A stretch of 64,000 nt of DNA, from the IMG/VR virus record IMGVR_UViG_3300032132_000748; one strand, written 5' to 3'. A program made the translations under genes and the position numbers. The notes under the pieces were generated by a model. That model made no database searches. It had not been told where the DNA came from and was given only the letters and a program-made list of their open reading frames with translations. The stretch is from a virus (Duplodnaviria; Caudoviricetes). Positions 9,757 to 20,229 of this stretch are shown one piece after another (position 1 is the first letter of the stretch; every line of letters starts with the position of its first letter).

Positions 9757-10734
9757 TTAGCGACGGCTGCGACGGCGACGACGACGTCCACGCTTACGAC
9801 CACGCTTCTTAGCGCGCTTCATACGCTTACGACCACGTTTGCGTCCACGTTTTGCCTTACGACGACCACGTTTTGCACGACGGGTGCGCTTACGTCCACG
9901 TTTTGCCTTACGACGACCGCGACGCTTCATGCGCTTACGACCACGTTTTGCCTTACGACGACCGCGACGAGCTTTTCTACGTCCACGACGCTTCATGCTC
10001 TTCTTGGCGCGACGACGACCGCGACGACGGGCCTTCTTACGACCGCGTTTTGCCTTACGACGACCACGACGCTTCATGCTCTTCTTGGCGCGACGACGAC
10101 CGCGACGACGGGCCTTCTTACGACCACGCTTTGAACGACGCTTTAGGCGACGACGACCGCGTTTCTTGCCAACCTTAGCTAGCTTACGAACGCCACGAGC
10201 GCGGAGCCATTTACGGCCTGCCTTGGAGCGACGAAGGTGTTTAACTGCTTTGTTGTAGACCTTACGCTTAGCGATTGATCCACCTTTACCACCGCGAGCG
10301 ATGCAAGCTTTTGCTGAACGTAGGGTTGTAGCCTTACGAGTCTTGGGGCAACGGCTGCTCTTACGCTTACGTGCGGAAAGACGAGGACGACCAACCTTAC
10401 GCTTACGTCCACGACGCTTGGCCTTAGCCTTACGACGCTTCATCTTGCGCTTCTTGCCTTTCTTGCGACCGGCTTTGCCTAGCTTAGCCATTTTAATTTT
10501 GTTTGTGCGGCACCATGTGCGACCGGCTTTTGACCGACGTAGACGACGAACTGCTGCGTTATAAACGCGCTTGCCACGGATAGTCTTACCTTTTCCACGA
10601 CGGACGCATGCTTTAGCTGCGCGAACTGTTCCCTTTTTGCGGAGGGTTCTGCAACGAGTTCCCTTACGTTTACGGGCTGACAGCTTAGGACGACCTACCT
10701 TGCGGGGACGACCTCTTCTCTTTTTTCTTGCCAT
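9757..10734 (-). CDS. protamine-like R/K-rich protein
   Basis: over half R+K, KRRGRRKA repeats, two Cys-containing repeat domains; AAGGAG RBS. Confidence 0.75.
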   Translation of the reverse strand: MARKKRRGRPRKVGRPKLSARKRKGTRCRTLRKKGTVRAAKACVRRGKGKTIRGKRVYNAAVRRLRRSKAGRTWCRTNKIKMAKLGKAGRKKGKKRKMKRRKAKAKRRGRKRKVGRPRLSARKRKSSRCPKTRKATTLRSAKACIARGGKGGSIAKRKVYNKAVKHLRRSKAGRKWLRARGVRKLAKVGKKRGRRRLKRRSKRGRKKARRRGRRRAKKSMKRRGRRKAKRGRKKARRRGRRRAKKSMKRRGRRKARRGRRKAKRGRKRMKRRGRRKAKRGRKRTRRAKRGRRKAKRGRKRGRKRMKRAKKRGRKRGRRRRRRSRR

Positions 10735-10867
10735 TTTAAATCTCCTTGTAACAAAGAACTGTTTTTTTGTTTCCTTGATATATCAAGATTACAAAAAATC
10801 ACATGATTATGTCAATCTTTTTTTGCATTTTTCTCTATTTTTCTCTATTTAATGATGAATTAAATAC

Positions 10868-10904
10868 AAAAACGGCCCAAAAATCTCGTTTTTGGGCCGT
10901 TTTT
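10868..10904. terminator. hairpin terminator downstream of rpsA
   Basis: AAAAACGGCCCAAAAA...TTTTTGGGCCGTTTTT. Confidence 0.7.
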
Positions 10905-10924
10905 ACGTCATTTTTTGGATTTAA

Positions 10925-12274
10925 TTAATCAAAAGCAAGTGATATTTTCTTTCTAGAAGTGTCTATTCGTAGGACAGTGACATTAACTTCGTCCCCTAAA
11001 TGAAGGTCTTTAGACGTTACAGTATGGTGAGCAAGCCCTTCTACCCCTTTTTCTAATTCAACAAAAATACCGAAATTCATTTTACTAGTAACTTTGCCTA
11101 AGGTAGAACCTCCTACTAAGTAGCGGTCAGCAATTGTTTCCCAAGGATCGGCACTTATTTGTTTTAAACCTAGAGATAAGTGTTTCTTCTCAGCGTCAAT
11201 ACCCAGAATAACTACTTCAACTTTTTCGCCTTCCGTTAATATCTCTTTAGGATGTTTAATGTGAACTGACCAGCTTAAGTCGCTTACGTGAATAAGGCCA
11301 TTAATTCCTGGCTCAATTTCTACAAAAACACCATAGGGAACTATTGTTCCCACTTCTCCTACTACTCGATCATCGATATTATATTTGCTGACTAGTTCGT
11401 TCCAAGTAGGCTCAGTTACTTGTCTAATACCTAGAGAAATTCTATTTTGTTTTTTATCTATTTTGATGATTTTAGATTTAATTTTTTGCCCTATCTCTAG
11501 GGTTTCGGTGCCTTTATCAGAATCGTGGCATAGACCAATAATTCCATTTCCTATCTGAATAAATACTCCAAAGGCAGTAATATTTTTAACAGTTCCGTCA
11601 ACTACGGCGTCAACATACAGCCCCTCTAAGTAAGTTTCTTTAGCAATACGCCTAACCTCATTTGCATAGCACTGTCGTGTTAGGGTTACGTAGGCATCAT
11701 TAATTGATTCAATATCTGCTTCGATCTCTGAATCTATTAACACTTCTGGATCTTGACCTGGTGGGTAGAGCAAGAATTCTTGGTTTGATGGTAGTGTGGC
11801 AGGTAGCCCGCCAATATCTACCAACCATCCCATCTTGGTTCTTTGGATGAGTCTGCCTACTATTTTTTGGCCGACTTCGATTTCAGTTAAGACTTTTCTC
11901 TGCTGAATAATAAGATCAACGTTGGATCTAGCTAACTGGACTGCTCCGTCTTTAGTGATGTTTTTAACAAGGAATTTTGTTTCATCACCAATATCAAGAT
12001 CCTCATTAACAAATGTTTCACTTTCTCTATAAGGCACTAAGCCTTCTGTTTTGTGACCAAAATCTACAAGAACATAATCATTTCTTATGATCGCAACTCG
12101 ACCGTCTACGATATCTCCAACCGCAACGTTAGGTTTAACTCTCAAAAGCTCGTTATTATAGAGCAGTTCATCCATATCCACGTCTTGGAATATTTCGAGC
12201 ATCTGTTTTTCGAGTTCTTCTTCCGACGGAAGGAAGCGTCTCAAGGAATTTTTTACTTTATCGCTAGTTAGCAT
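10925..12274 (-). CDS. rpsA: 30S ribosomal protein S1 (about five S1 domains)
   Basis: repeated S1 motifs (VKNITAFGVFI, YGVFVEIEPGINGLIHVSDLSW, HLSLGLKQISADPW); start at MLTSDK after AGGTGAG. Confidence 0.9.
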   Translation of the reverse strand: MLTSDKVKNSLRRFLPSEEELEKQMLEIFQDVDMDELLYNNELLRVKPNVAVGDIVDGRVAIIRNDYVLVDFGHKTEGLVPYRESETFVNEDLDIGDETKFLVKNITKDGAVQLARSNVDLIIQQRKVLTEIEVGQKIVGRLIQRTKMGWLVDIGGLPATLPSNQEFLLYPPGQDPEVLIDSEIEADIESINDAYVTLTRQCYANEVRRIAKETYLEGLYVDAVVDGTVKNITAFGVFIQIGNGIIGLCHDSDKGTETLEIGQKIKSKIIKIDKKQNRISLGIRQVTEPTWNELVSKYNIDDRVVGEVGTIVPYGVFVEIEPGINGLIHVSDLSWSVHIKHPKEILTEGEKVEVVILGIDAEKKHLSLGLKQISADPWETIADRYLVGGSTLGKVTSKMNFGIFVELEKGVEGLAHHTVTSKDLHLGDEVNVTVLRIDTSRKKISLAFD

Positions 12275-12382
12275 AGTTCTCTCACCTAAAGGTTTATGTC
12301 TAAAGAGTAATACGAGAGAGGGCTTTGAACAAGTTTTGGACAATATAAGTAATTTCTAGTTAAAATAGCTAAAATAGAGTAA

Positions 12383-13519
12383 ATGAACGATAAACTCAAT
12401 CAACTGGCTAAACAGCTCCATGAGCGAAATATGACTCCTGCTGATTTATGTGGGAAAAGAGAATTTAAAAGAAATTATGTGTATCTGCTTGCTTATACCT
12501 ACTATTTGATGAGTTTAAATAATCAAAATACTAGAAACCAATACAAGGCGGTTATTGATCATTTTACAAGATATATGGCCAATATAAGAGGAAATACTCC
12601 GCTAGACACTATTGGAGTAGACGTGAGTCTCTGGAGAAATGATTTAATCAGAACAGGGGGTGTCGGTGGCTCTCCACCTAATAAAAACTTGTCACGGTAT
12701 GAGCCTCACGAAAAGAGTTCTGTTCATAACAAGGTTTCTATACTCTCAGCCTTCTTTAAATTTCTACAAAAACCGGGCCTAGATGGCTCGCCCCCTCTCG
12801 TGAAATATAATCCGGTTGATGCATTACTAGATAGATTTAAGATTGAAAAGTATGGACGGTCAAAGAAAATAAGTATTGACGCACTTAAAGATATATTAAA
12901 AGTTATGGATATTAAAACTATAAAAGGATTGAGAGACTATACCCTTATATATGGTTTTTTTCTTACCGGACGTAGAAACACTGAATGGGTGACCCTTCAA
13001 TGGAAGCAATTAAACTTTAATACAGACCCCATCACCTACAGCTTCACTAGAAAAGGGCAGAAAGCCTCTGTTGATGAAGTTCCAGATGAGCTTCTTAGCG
13101 TTCTTATCACCTACATCACAAAAAGATGGGGAGAGAACTTTATTGAGGATATAGATGGGGAGACCTACCTCTTCACTGCTATGCCAGGCAGGGGAGGAAC
13201 TAGGCAAATCATAGACCCTAATCAGCCTTTGACGGAACGTTCGATGTTGCGTATTGTCAAAGGATATGCAAAAGATGCTGGTCTAGATGTAGAGAAGATA
13301 ACGGTTCACTCCCTCCGCCACCTTCACGCGCAATCCTACCTTGAGGCTGGGGCCAGTGTAGAGGAAGTTCGTGCTCGTCTAGGCCACGCTAGCTTGGCTA
13401 CAACGCAGCGCTACCTTGCTTCAATGCAACAAGGCAAGAATAGGCTAGCATCGAAGCTGGATGCAATGCTTAGAGATAAGCCGCCTATCGATAACGATGG
13501 GCCTTCCACTGACGCCTAG
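12383..13519 (+). CDS. tyrosine recombinase/integrase (XerC/D-like)
   Basis: LTGRR, HSLRH and LGHASLATTQRY catalytic motifs. Confidence 0.93.
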   Translation: MNDKLNQLAKQLHERNMTPADLCGKREFKRNYVYLLAYTYYLMSLNNQNTRNQYKAVIDHFTRYMANIRGNTPLDTIGVDVSLWRNDLIRTGGVGGSPPNKNLSRYEPHEKSSVHNKVSILSAFFKFLQKPGLDGSPPLVKYNPVDALLDRFKIEKYGRSKKISIDALKDILKVMDIKTIKGLRDYTLIYGFFLTGRRNTEWVTLQWKQLNFNTDPITYSFTRKGQKASVDEVPDELLSVLITYITKRWGENFIEDIDGETYLFTAMPGRGGTRQIIDPNQPLTERSMLRIVKGYAKDAGLDVEKITVHSLRHLHAQSYLEAGASVEEVRARLGHASLATTQRYLASMQQGKNRLASKLDAMLRDKPPIDNDGPSTDA

Positions 13520-13628
13520 CTCGTTTTCGCCAAAGCCGTTTCAGAGCCTTGCGCTCACTCCGGCAATTCCACCAATCATGGCACAAGCACCACCCCTGGT
13601 TATGGGGTGATGCTCCGTATGCCCGCAC

Positions 13629-14594
13629 TTACTGCCCCTCTCCGAAGTAGTCATACATCAGGTCGTAGGTGACGAAGAACTTGCAGAGTGCCTTGACGAT
13701 GTTGTATCGACTGGCACTCCAGTAAGCCTTGCGTCCGGTCCAAGCTTCCGACTGTCCGAAGATGAATTTCATCAACCGGTCGATGTCTTCGGTTCTACGA
13801 AGCAGAACTCGGTTTTCGCACTTGGTGCTATCGTGGCTTTCGTTGGTCGTGGTAGCGAGAATGTGAGCCAACGTGCCAGGGCGATACGAACCCTCTATCG
13901 GCTCGTAGGTAGTCTCTTCGGAGCGGAAGAGATAGCCGTATCTGCTGGCAGGCTGATAGCGGTAAACCCATCGCTTGTGCTCTGTAACCTTGACGCAAGG
14001 GTCATCGGCTTTGCAGGGACGATAAGCGTAGTCTTTGCAGACCTTGTTCAAACGCTTGTGACGAGTTTCAAAAGCTTCTTTCAAAGCCTTGTGGAACACG
14101 TCGCGGGTGAAGATGATGGGGACGCTGCGAACGCGATTCCAGCTACGGAATGCGTAGCGGTTGAAATCGTATTCCGGGTTCAGGAAGTGGCCCAAAGCGT
14201 GTTCGCGAATCAGGTCCGCAGGACCGCCAATGAGCCCAGAGATGGTGAAATAGCGAGCTTCAACATCCTCTTCGGGGATGTCCTTAGTGCGTGCGTTGCA
14301 CCACCGGACAAAGTGGCTGATCTTGTCAGCCCCTCTGCGGTCTCTAACCATCGTACGAAGGTCACGCTTACGTATGCCTTCGCTGTCGTTGATGCGAAGC
14401 ATCAACTCGGAGTCGTCGTGGAAGACCTCCTCCACGTCATCATCGTAACCGATGATACCGCCCACATCGCGCAGTGCCTGTCGGACCTGATGTCGATGTG
14501 CGCGGTTGATACGGGACCTCTCATCCCGTGCGCCCTTCCGGCCTCGGCTCGGAAGGATGGAGCGAGTCATCTCGCGGATCTTGTCTTTGTGCAT
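13629..14594 (-). CDS. hypothetical protein (GC-rich block)
   Basis: 321-aa ORF with GAGG RBS and GC3-biased codons. Confidence 0.65.
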   Translation of the reverse strand: MHKDKIREMTRSILPSRGRKGARDERSRINRAHRHQVRQALRDVGGIIGYDDDVEEVFHDDSELMLRINDSEGIRKRDLRTMVRDRRGADKISHFVRWCNARTKDIPEEDVEARYFTISGLIGGPADLIREHALGHFLNPEYDFNRYAFRSWNRVRSVPIIFTRDVFHKALKEAFETRHKRLNKVCKDYAYRPCKADDPCVKVTEHKRWVYRYQPASRYGYLFRSEETTYEPIEGSYRPGTLAHILATTTNESHDSTKCENRVLLRRTEDIDRLMKFIFGQSEAWTGRKAYWSASRYNIVKALCKFFVTYDLMYDYFGEGQ

Positions 14595-14947
14595 GATAGT
14601 ACCTCTTTCAGCATGTACTAATCATGGCACCTCCTTCTCCAGCGTAGTGTGAACATGGGTTCTCCTGTGAGGGCGTATGGTAGCAAACGGGCTGCACAGA
14701 GTCAAGGGTCGTGTACACGATTGGGGCCTCCTACACGCGATGGACGTGCGGAGGCCCCTGGCCTGTCACCTTGAATGAGTGCTTGACTCTGGCTCCTGGC
14801 GTGCTAGGATGCGGGATTCGCCAGGACTGCGCTGCCGCAGCCGAAGCCCAAGAGCGCCAACAGATGGGAGGCCCTATGCATCGTTCGTTGCTGTCACTGT
14901 GCCTGCCCCTGTGCAGGCGCATCCTAGACCCTGATGTTGGCTCTGTG

Positions 14948-17305
14948 CTAGGCGGCCAGGTCCCGGAGGTAGGTTCCGAGAATCTGCTTTGCAACACTGA
15001 GTTGCAGAGTGGAGTAATCCTGACCGTTGACCCGTTCCACAATCCCTTGGTCCCCGATTGCGCGCTGGAAGGTTTGGGCCTTGCTGAAGATGATGCCCTC
15101 CATGCGGTTGTCGATTGTGGGCACCCCAGATGGTCGGGTTGCCAACAGCTTGATGAAGCTGCAATCGAACTTTTGGCCCAGGCGCAACAACCGACCCGTG
15201 CATTGCTCAAAGTCTGCGGGGGACCAGGGCAGGTCCATGAAGTACGCAACACGGGATGCGAAGAGGTCAACACCGAACCCGCCTGCTGCCACATTGACGC
15301 ACATCAAGCCGGTCTTCCCCGCCTGGAAATCGTCAATCATCGCCATGCGCTTCTTATCGCTCTGGCCTCCCTTGATGATCCCTGCGCCCTTCCAACGCTT
15401 GCCCTGCTTAGTGGTTCCCACCGTGGTCTTGAACCGCGCCACCAGGGCATCGAGCGGGGCATTGAAGGCAGAGAACACAACGACTTGCTCACCCTTCCGC
15501 AACGTGTCCCCCACAATGCGAATGGCGGGCTTGATCTTGCCGTTTGCAGAGTGTTGGCGAAGCATGTTCAGTTGAGCCAGGATGTATCCGCGCTCCGCGC
15601 GCATGATCTTATCTGGGTCGGCACCTTGCCGACCCAGCCAGGCGATGAAATCGTTTTCCACACCCTCGTAATCCTCCCAGTTAGAAAGATCAACCGGTGC
15701 GCGGCCAACCTCGCTGTTAGGTGCATCGAGCCAGACCTCCGGGGTCAACCTGCGGACCATGAATCCGCCCTCACCGACGAGATGTTCCGCAATCTCGACC
15801 TGGTCTTCGGGCTTCTTGTACATCCTCACAAACTCCTTCATCGAGGCCCCCGTCCAGAGACGGCGGGTGATGCGAAGGAGGGGGTGAAGCTCTTTGATCC
15901 GGTTCTTGATTGGGGTTGCGGTCAGAACGATGCTATGCTTTGCATACTCAGCCAGGTAGAGGCACATCTGGGCTCGGGCAGAGTCATAGTTCTTGGCAAA
16001 GTGCCCTTCATCCAAGACCAACACGCGCTGCTGCTTCTCAATCAGATCGCGCAGGAACCACAGCTTTGGAGAGCGGGTTCTGGTTTCTGTGCCATCCCGC
16101 TTTGTGCGGCTGGCCTTGCCTGTGATGCCTTGCAGAGCGTCATAGCTCACAATGAGCACATCATACTTGTGCGCGTCACGGCAGTAGTCGCTGTTCAAGA
16201 CCTTTGTGGTCAACGTTGTAGCTTCTCTGAGCTTGCGTTGCCAGGGGAGGCGCAAAGCGGCTGGAACTACCAGAACGGACTTGCCACCACCCGCTGCCTT
16301 GTTGTGCTTCAACCAGGCGATGTGAGCCGCAAGCTCCCAAGACTTGCCAAGCCCCGTGTCATCGCAGAGGAAGGCACCGGACCCGCCTCGTGTTACGACA
16401 TTGAGGAACTGCATAGCGGCAGCTTGCCACGGGTACAGAGGCTTTTTCAGGAAGGGGTATTCGAGCTGTACGGTGTCATCGTAGTCGAGAAGCTTGTAGG
16501 CTTGGCGACAAAGATCCTTAGCCGCTTCCTCCTCATTGAACCAAGTGATGAACTCCGGGGACATCTCGATGTTGTAGTTTGCACCGATAGCACGGATGGC
16601 CTTGCGGAAGCTCTTGAGCACCTTCAACGCTTCCACGGCAGTGGAGTAGTTGAGAGGGGCGAGCTTCTTAGATGTCTTCTGCTTTTCAGATTCTACGATG
16701 CGCCCCTGCACGCGGCACAGTTCACTTGTCCCACCTTCTGCATCAGGGTCATAGGTGAACATCATCCGAAGATTGGACAGGACCGAGGGCCACTTGATCA
16801 TCATGCGCGTGTTGCGCTCAATGCCAACGTAGATGGTACGTTGTGGATCGCTCTTGGGCTTCGCGGGCTTGACAGGCTTCGATGTAGCGGCTTGTGCAGG
16901 CTTCGATGTAGCGGCTTGTGCAGGCTGTGCAGGCTTCTGCCCCTTCACAGGGTAGCTGGTCCTCACAGCCCTACGTGCGGCCTTACGCACAGCGGTCTTT
17001 GCGTCCCTCCTGTCCTTTCGGTCTGGAAGCTTTGGCAGGTCCCGATGTTGAGGCTTTGGGGCTGCCTGCACGGGCTTCGGCTTCGCAGCCTGAATCGGCT
17101 TTGGTGCCTCCTGTGTTCTGACAGCGCGGCGGGATGGGGTAGCTTCTGCCGGGCCAGCCTTGGCCTTTGTCAGCTTCCTACGTGCCCGCTTCATCGCCTT
17201 GCGGCGATGTTCCAGCGAGCTTCTACGCGGCTTCTTCATCGAGGGGGTGTCCTGTTCAGCGAGTGCATGGCACAAGGGCTCTCCTGCCCTCGATCCACCA
17301 AGCAT
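14948..17305 (-). CDS. SNF2-family (HARP/SMARCAL1-like) helicase with basic low-complexity N-terminus
   Basis: DDTGLGKS, LDEGH, LTATPIKN, GGFGVDL and LPWSPADFEQCTGRLLRLGQ motifs. Confidence 0.9.
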   Translation of the reverse strand: MLGGSRAGEPLCHALAEQDTPSMKKPRRSSLEHRRKAMKRARRKLTKAKAGPAEATPSRRAVRTQEAPKPIQAAKPKPVQAAPKPQHRDLPKLPDRKDRRDAKTAVRKAARRAVRTSYPVKGQKPAQPAQAATSKPAQAATSKPVKPAKPKSDPQRTIYVGIERNTRMMIKWPSVLSNLRMMFTYDPDAEGGTSELCRVQGRIVESEKQKTSKKLAPLNYSTAVEALKVLKSFRKAIRAIGANYNIEMSPEFITWFNEEEAAKDLCRQAYKLLDYDDTVQLEYPFLKKPLYPWQAAAMQFLNVVTRGGSGAFLCDDTGLGKSWELAAHIAWLKHNKAAGGGKSVLVVPAALRLPWQRKLREATTLTTKVLNSDYCRDAHKYDVLIVSYDALQGITGKASRTKRDGTETRTRSPKLWFLRDLIEKQQRVLVLDEGHFAKNYDSARAQMCLYLAEYAKHSIVLTATPIKNRIKELHPLLRITRRLWTGASMKEFVRMYKKPEDQVEIAEHLVGEGGFMVRRLTPEVWLDAPNSEVGRAPVDLSNWEDYEGVENDFIAWLGRQGADPDKIMRAERGYILAQLNMLRQHSANGKIKPAIRIVGDTLRKGEQVVVFSAFNAPLDALVARFKTTVGTTKQGKRWKGAGIIKGGQSDKKRMAMIDDFQAGKTGLMCVNVAAGGFGVDLFASRVAYFMDLPWSPADFEQCTGRLLRLGQKFDCSFIKLLATRPSGVPTIDNRMEGIIFSKAQTFQRAIGDQGIVERVNGQDYSTLQLSVAKQILGTYLRDLAA

Positions 17306-17416
17306 ACCATCATGGATGGCAACATGCCAGCATCAAGTTGGAGGGCCTAAGTCCTTTGCTGCCAAGGGGTTGCGTAAGTCCTTACGGGGCGGTCGAACAG
17401 GCCCCGGAGCGATGCT

Positions 17417-17640
17417 GGGCCTGTGCGGCTCCTGTGCTGGGCCTGTGCAGGGAGGGATGTAGGGCCTGTGCGGCTCCTGTGCTGGGCCTGTGCAGGGAGC
17501 GATGCTGGGCCTGTGCAGGGAGGGATGTAGGGCCTGTGCGGCTCCTGTGCTGGGCCTGTGTAGGGAGGGATGTTGGGCCTGTGCAGGGAGGGATGTAGGG
17601 CCTGTGCGGCTCCTGTGCTGGGCCTGTGCAGGGAGGGATG
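17417..17640 (+). repeat. tandem array of ten GGGCCTGTG-core units spaced 22-23 bp
   Basis: cores at 17417, 17439, 17462, 17484, 17507, 17530, 17552, 17575, 17598, 17620; two unit types. Confidence 0.92.
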
Positions 17641-17717
17641 ATGAAGGACGCATCTGGTGGCTCGGCTGCGGCTCTCCTAAGCCCTTGCGGGTGCTAGGCT
17701 TAGGGCCGGAGTTGGGG

Positions 17718-17745
17718 CTTGACTCTGCCCCAGGATACAGTATCA
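17718..17745 (+). promoter_or_regulatory. sigma70-like promoter
   Basis: TTGACT-N16-TATCAT upstream of the 17834 ORF. Confidence 0.5.
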
Positions 17746-17833
17746 TGGCGGGACTGTCAAGGGCGGGTCTGAGGACTCCCTGTGACAGCCTCTCATCCAT
17801 CGCGCATCATCTACGCCCAGAAGGACACCCATC

Positions 17834-18676
17834 ATGGTACAGCAACGGACTGCAAAGCCGAAGAAGAAAGCGGCTGCAAAGGCCGGACACAAGCATCGTG
17901 CCGCTGGCACGAAGAAAAAGAAGACCGGGGGCAAGAAGGGCTTGCTCGCAGCCATTGGCAAGAAGCCCACAACAGCCAAGAAGGCCAAAGAGGAAAAGCC
18001 AACCATCACCCTTGAGGATCAGGCTGAAACGTTGCTCGGGTTGCAGCAAGCCAAGGCGGATCTTGCGGAAGCCAAGGGGCGTGTTGCAGAGCTTGAGGCT
18101 GAGTTGCTTCCTGAGATGGAGGAGCACCGTCTTGGGCTTTGTGAGGCTCAGAGCAAGTACATTCGCTCCATCAACGTTCGCGCCACGGGCGAGGATGCCG
18201 ATGGTAACGAGATCAAGGCGGGCCAGGCGCTCTTCTACATCCAGAACCGCTACAGTGCCTTCGACCCCACAGCGCCCTCCACGGATGAGGACGTTATCAA
18301 TGCGGTAGGCGATGAAGCCACAATCCGCGACGAAGCAATCTTCTACATCGCTGCCGCGCTTGAGGTTGAGTGGGATGAGGCAGAAGAGCACTACGACACC
18401 CGCATCGAGGACAAGGTGGTTATCACCTTGAAGGATGGTGCTCTGGAAGATGAGGCCGTCATCGAGGTCCTGCAAGAGCACTTGCTTGAGTGGCTGGTTT
18501 CCACAACCAAGGCCACGCCTACAGAGTCTTTCCACGAGCGTAGCAACTTCATTGAGGAGGACAAGATTGTCATGGCTGCGCTCCAAGACGATGCCAACTT
18601 GTGCAAGCGTTCGAAGGGCACCGTAAAGGCGTCTGGTGCGCCCAAGGCAGCTCGCCGCGCAGTCAAGATCAAGTAA
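17834..18676 (+). CDS. hypothetical protein with K/A-rich N-terminus and acidic body
   Basis: AAGGA RBS, GC3-biased codons, followed by a hairpin. Confidence 0.7.
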   Translation: MVQQRTAKPKKKAAAKAGHKHRAAGTKKKKTGGKKGLLAAIGKKPTTAKKAKEEKPTITLEDQAETLLGLQQAKADLAEAKGRVAELEAELLPEMEEHRLGLCEAQSKYIRSINVRATGEDADGNEIKAGQALFYIQNRYSAFDPTAPSTDEDVINAVGDEATIRDEAIFYIAAALEVEWDEAEEHYDTRIEDKVVITLKDGALEDEAVIEVLQEHLLEWLVSTTKATPTESFHERSNFIEEDKIVMAALQDDANLCKRSKGTVKASGAPKAARRAVKIK

Positions 18677-18688
18677 CCACCAGATCCC

Positions 18689-18726
18689 GTGAAAGGGGCT
18701 GCATCGCCTAGATGCAGCCCCTTCAC
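18689..18726 (+). terminator. stem-loop after the 17834 ORF
   Basis: GTGAAAGGGGCTGCATC...GATGCAGCCCCTTCAC. Confidence 0.6.
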
Positions 18727-18741
18727 GCAATGAGGACCGCT

Positions 18742-19404
18742 ATGGGCTTTTTGACCATCTACCCAGACAAACCGCATGAACGTGACGATAGCAACTTAGC
18801 TAAGTGGGACAAGTCTGGCAAGTACATCTGCCAGCAAAAAGTCGATGGCTGGCGGATGATTCTTCTCATTGGAGAGGATGAGGTTGATTTTGTTTCTCGG
18901 CATGACAAGCTGTTCAGCAACGACATCCAACCGGAACTTTATGCTCAAGCAAGACAGCTATGTGGGATATTTCCTGCTGGAACACAGCTTGACAGTGAGT
19001 GGCTTTCACGACGCTCATGTAGTGTAAGCAACAAGGTCAAGGGCAAGATCCCAGCCAAGCTCATCATCTTTGACATCTTGCGGCTAGGCAAGAAATGGCA
19101 GAAGAGCACGACATACGAAGCTCGGTGGGACATCTTGCTTGAACGGCTAGGTGATATTCCCGATTCCATGCCAGACGTGAGCCTTTCCGTTGTGGCGGAA
19201 CCCGGAACGTTTGAAACCTTCTACGAGGAGCAGCGCAAGATCGCCGTCAGTGAAGGTGTGGTCATCAAGCACAAGAAATCCAAGATGACTGGTGCTCGCA
19301 ATGGATGCATAAAGAACATGCAGCACTACAAAGTCAAGTATCGGGGAGGCAGTGACGGCGAGCAGTCGATGGATCATCTCAAAAAGAGGCCCGCAAAAGT
19401 TTGA
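18742..19404 (+). CDS. minimal ATP-dependent DNA ligase-like nucleotidyltransferase
   Basis: QQKVDGWR (motif I), LDSEW, IFDIL, EGVVIK, YKVK; GAGGA RBS before ATG 18742. Confidence 0.8.
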   Translation: MGFLTIYPDKPHERDDSNLAKWDKSGKYICQQKVDGWRMILLIGEDEVDFVSRHDKLFSNDIQPELYAQARQLCGIFPAGTQLDSEWLSRRSCSVSNKVKGKIPAKLIIFDILRLGKKWQKSTTYEARWDILLERLGDIPDSMPDVSLSVVAEPGTFETFYEEQRKIAVSEGVVIKHKKSKMTGARNGCIKNMQHYKVKYRGGSDGEQSMDHLKKRPAKV

Positions 19405-19979
19405 CAATCTGGTTCTATAGCGATCCTCATTTTGGGCACGCAGGGATCATTGATCGCTGCGGACGCCCCTATGACTCTGTACAAGAGATGGATGAGAAGC
19501 TAATCCAGAACTACCAAAAGTGCGTAAAGCCAAGAGATGATGTCTACATTCTAGGAGATGTAGCCATGAAGGGCAGCCACGAGAAGATCCTTCGTCGGCT
19601 GCCAGGTAACAAACATCTCATCGTAGGCAACCACGATTGGAACAAGAATACTCGTATTACGGACTCCCACAAAGAGGCTTTGCGCTCCTGGGGCTACGCT
19701 TGGGTCAAAGACACCCACTTGCTGTGTGTAAAGAATTACCACGGCCCCAAAGATCATCTCTACATCTGGCTTGCACATTACGCGCATCTGACCTGGCCCA
19801 AAAAACACAGCAAAGGTGCCTGGCACCTATTCGGTCACTCTCACGGAAACCTAGAAGGCACTGGACTCTCGACGGATGTTGGGGTAGACTGTTGGGACTA
19901 CGCTCCCGTCAGCCTTTCCCAAATCAAAGAACATCTCAGTAAGAAGGAAAAGCATGGACCGCAACCTTCGGCGTCTTGA
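19401..19979 (+). CDS. calcineurin-like metallophosphoesterase
   Basis: SDPHFGH, LGDV, GNHD and GHSH motifs. Confidence 0.9.
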   Translation: MTIWFYSDPHFGHAGIIDRCGRPYDSVQEMDEKLIQNYQKCVKPRDDVYILGDVAMKGSHEKILRRLPGNKHLIVGNHDWNKNTRITDSHKEALRSWGYAWVKDTHLLCVKNYHGPKDHLYIWLAHYAHLTWPKKHSKGAWHLFGHSHGNLEGTGLSTDVGVDCWDYAPVSLSQIKEHLSKKEKHGPQPSAS

Positions 19980-20229
19980 GCGACGTGCGGCGGCTGAATA
20001 CCTCGATCCCGCAGAACAAGCACATCTTGTCCGACTACAATGTATGGCGTACGGTCACGATTGGGTTGAGGGCTGGGATGACCGGCAAAAGAACATTAAT
20101 AGTCGTGTCGAATACAAAGGGTTCTACTTTCACTGTGGTCGTTGTGACCCTAAAGCGGAACGGCGTATTACCGATATGGATGATCTAGGTGAAATAGACA
20201 TCTCAAAGGGACACGAAGAGGCGGCCTAG
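19954..20229 (+). CDS. hypothetical protein (MDRxLRxLER N-terminus)
   Basis: AAGGA RBS; C..GHDW...CxxC. Confidence 0.6.
   Translation: MDRNLRRLERRAAAEYLDPAEQAHLVRLQCMAYGHDWVEGWDDRQKNINSRVEYKGFYFHCGRCDPKAERRITDMDDLGEIDISKGHEEAA

Noticed and set aside
9839-10564. + strand R/L-rich and YDD-repeat ORFs
   Set aside because: Antisense frames of the repetitive protamine-like gene, which has the RBS and terminator.
14711-17350. 879-aa + strand ORF
   Set aside because: Antisense shadow of the SNF2 helicase in GC-rich DNA; no motifs, while the - strand has all helicase motifs.
17417-17640. Possible CRISPR array
   Set aside because: The intervening sequences are themselves two recurring 13-14-nt types, not unique spacers; no cas genes.
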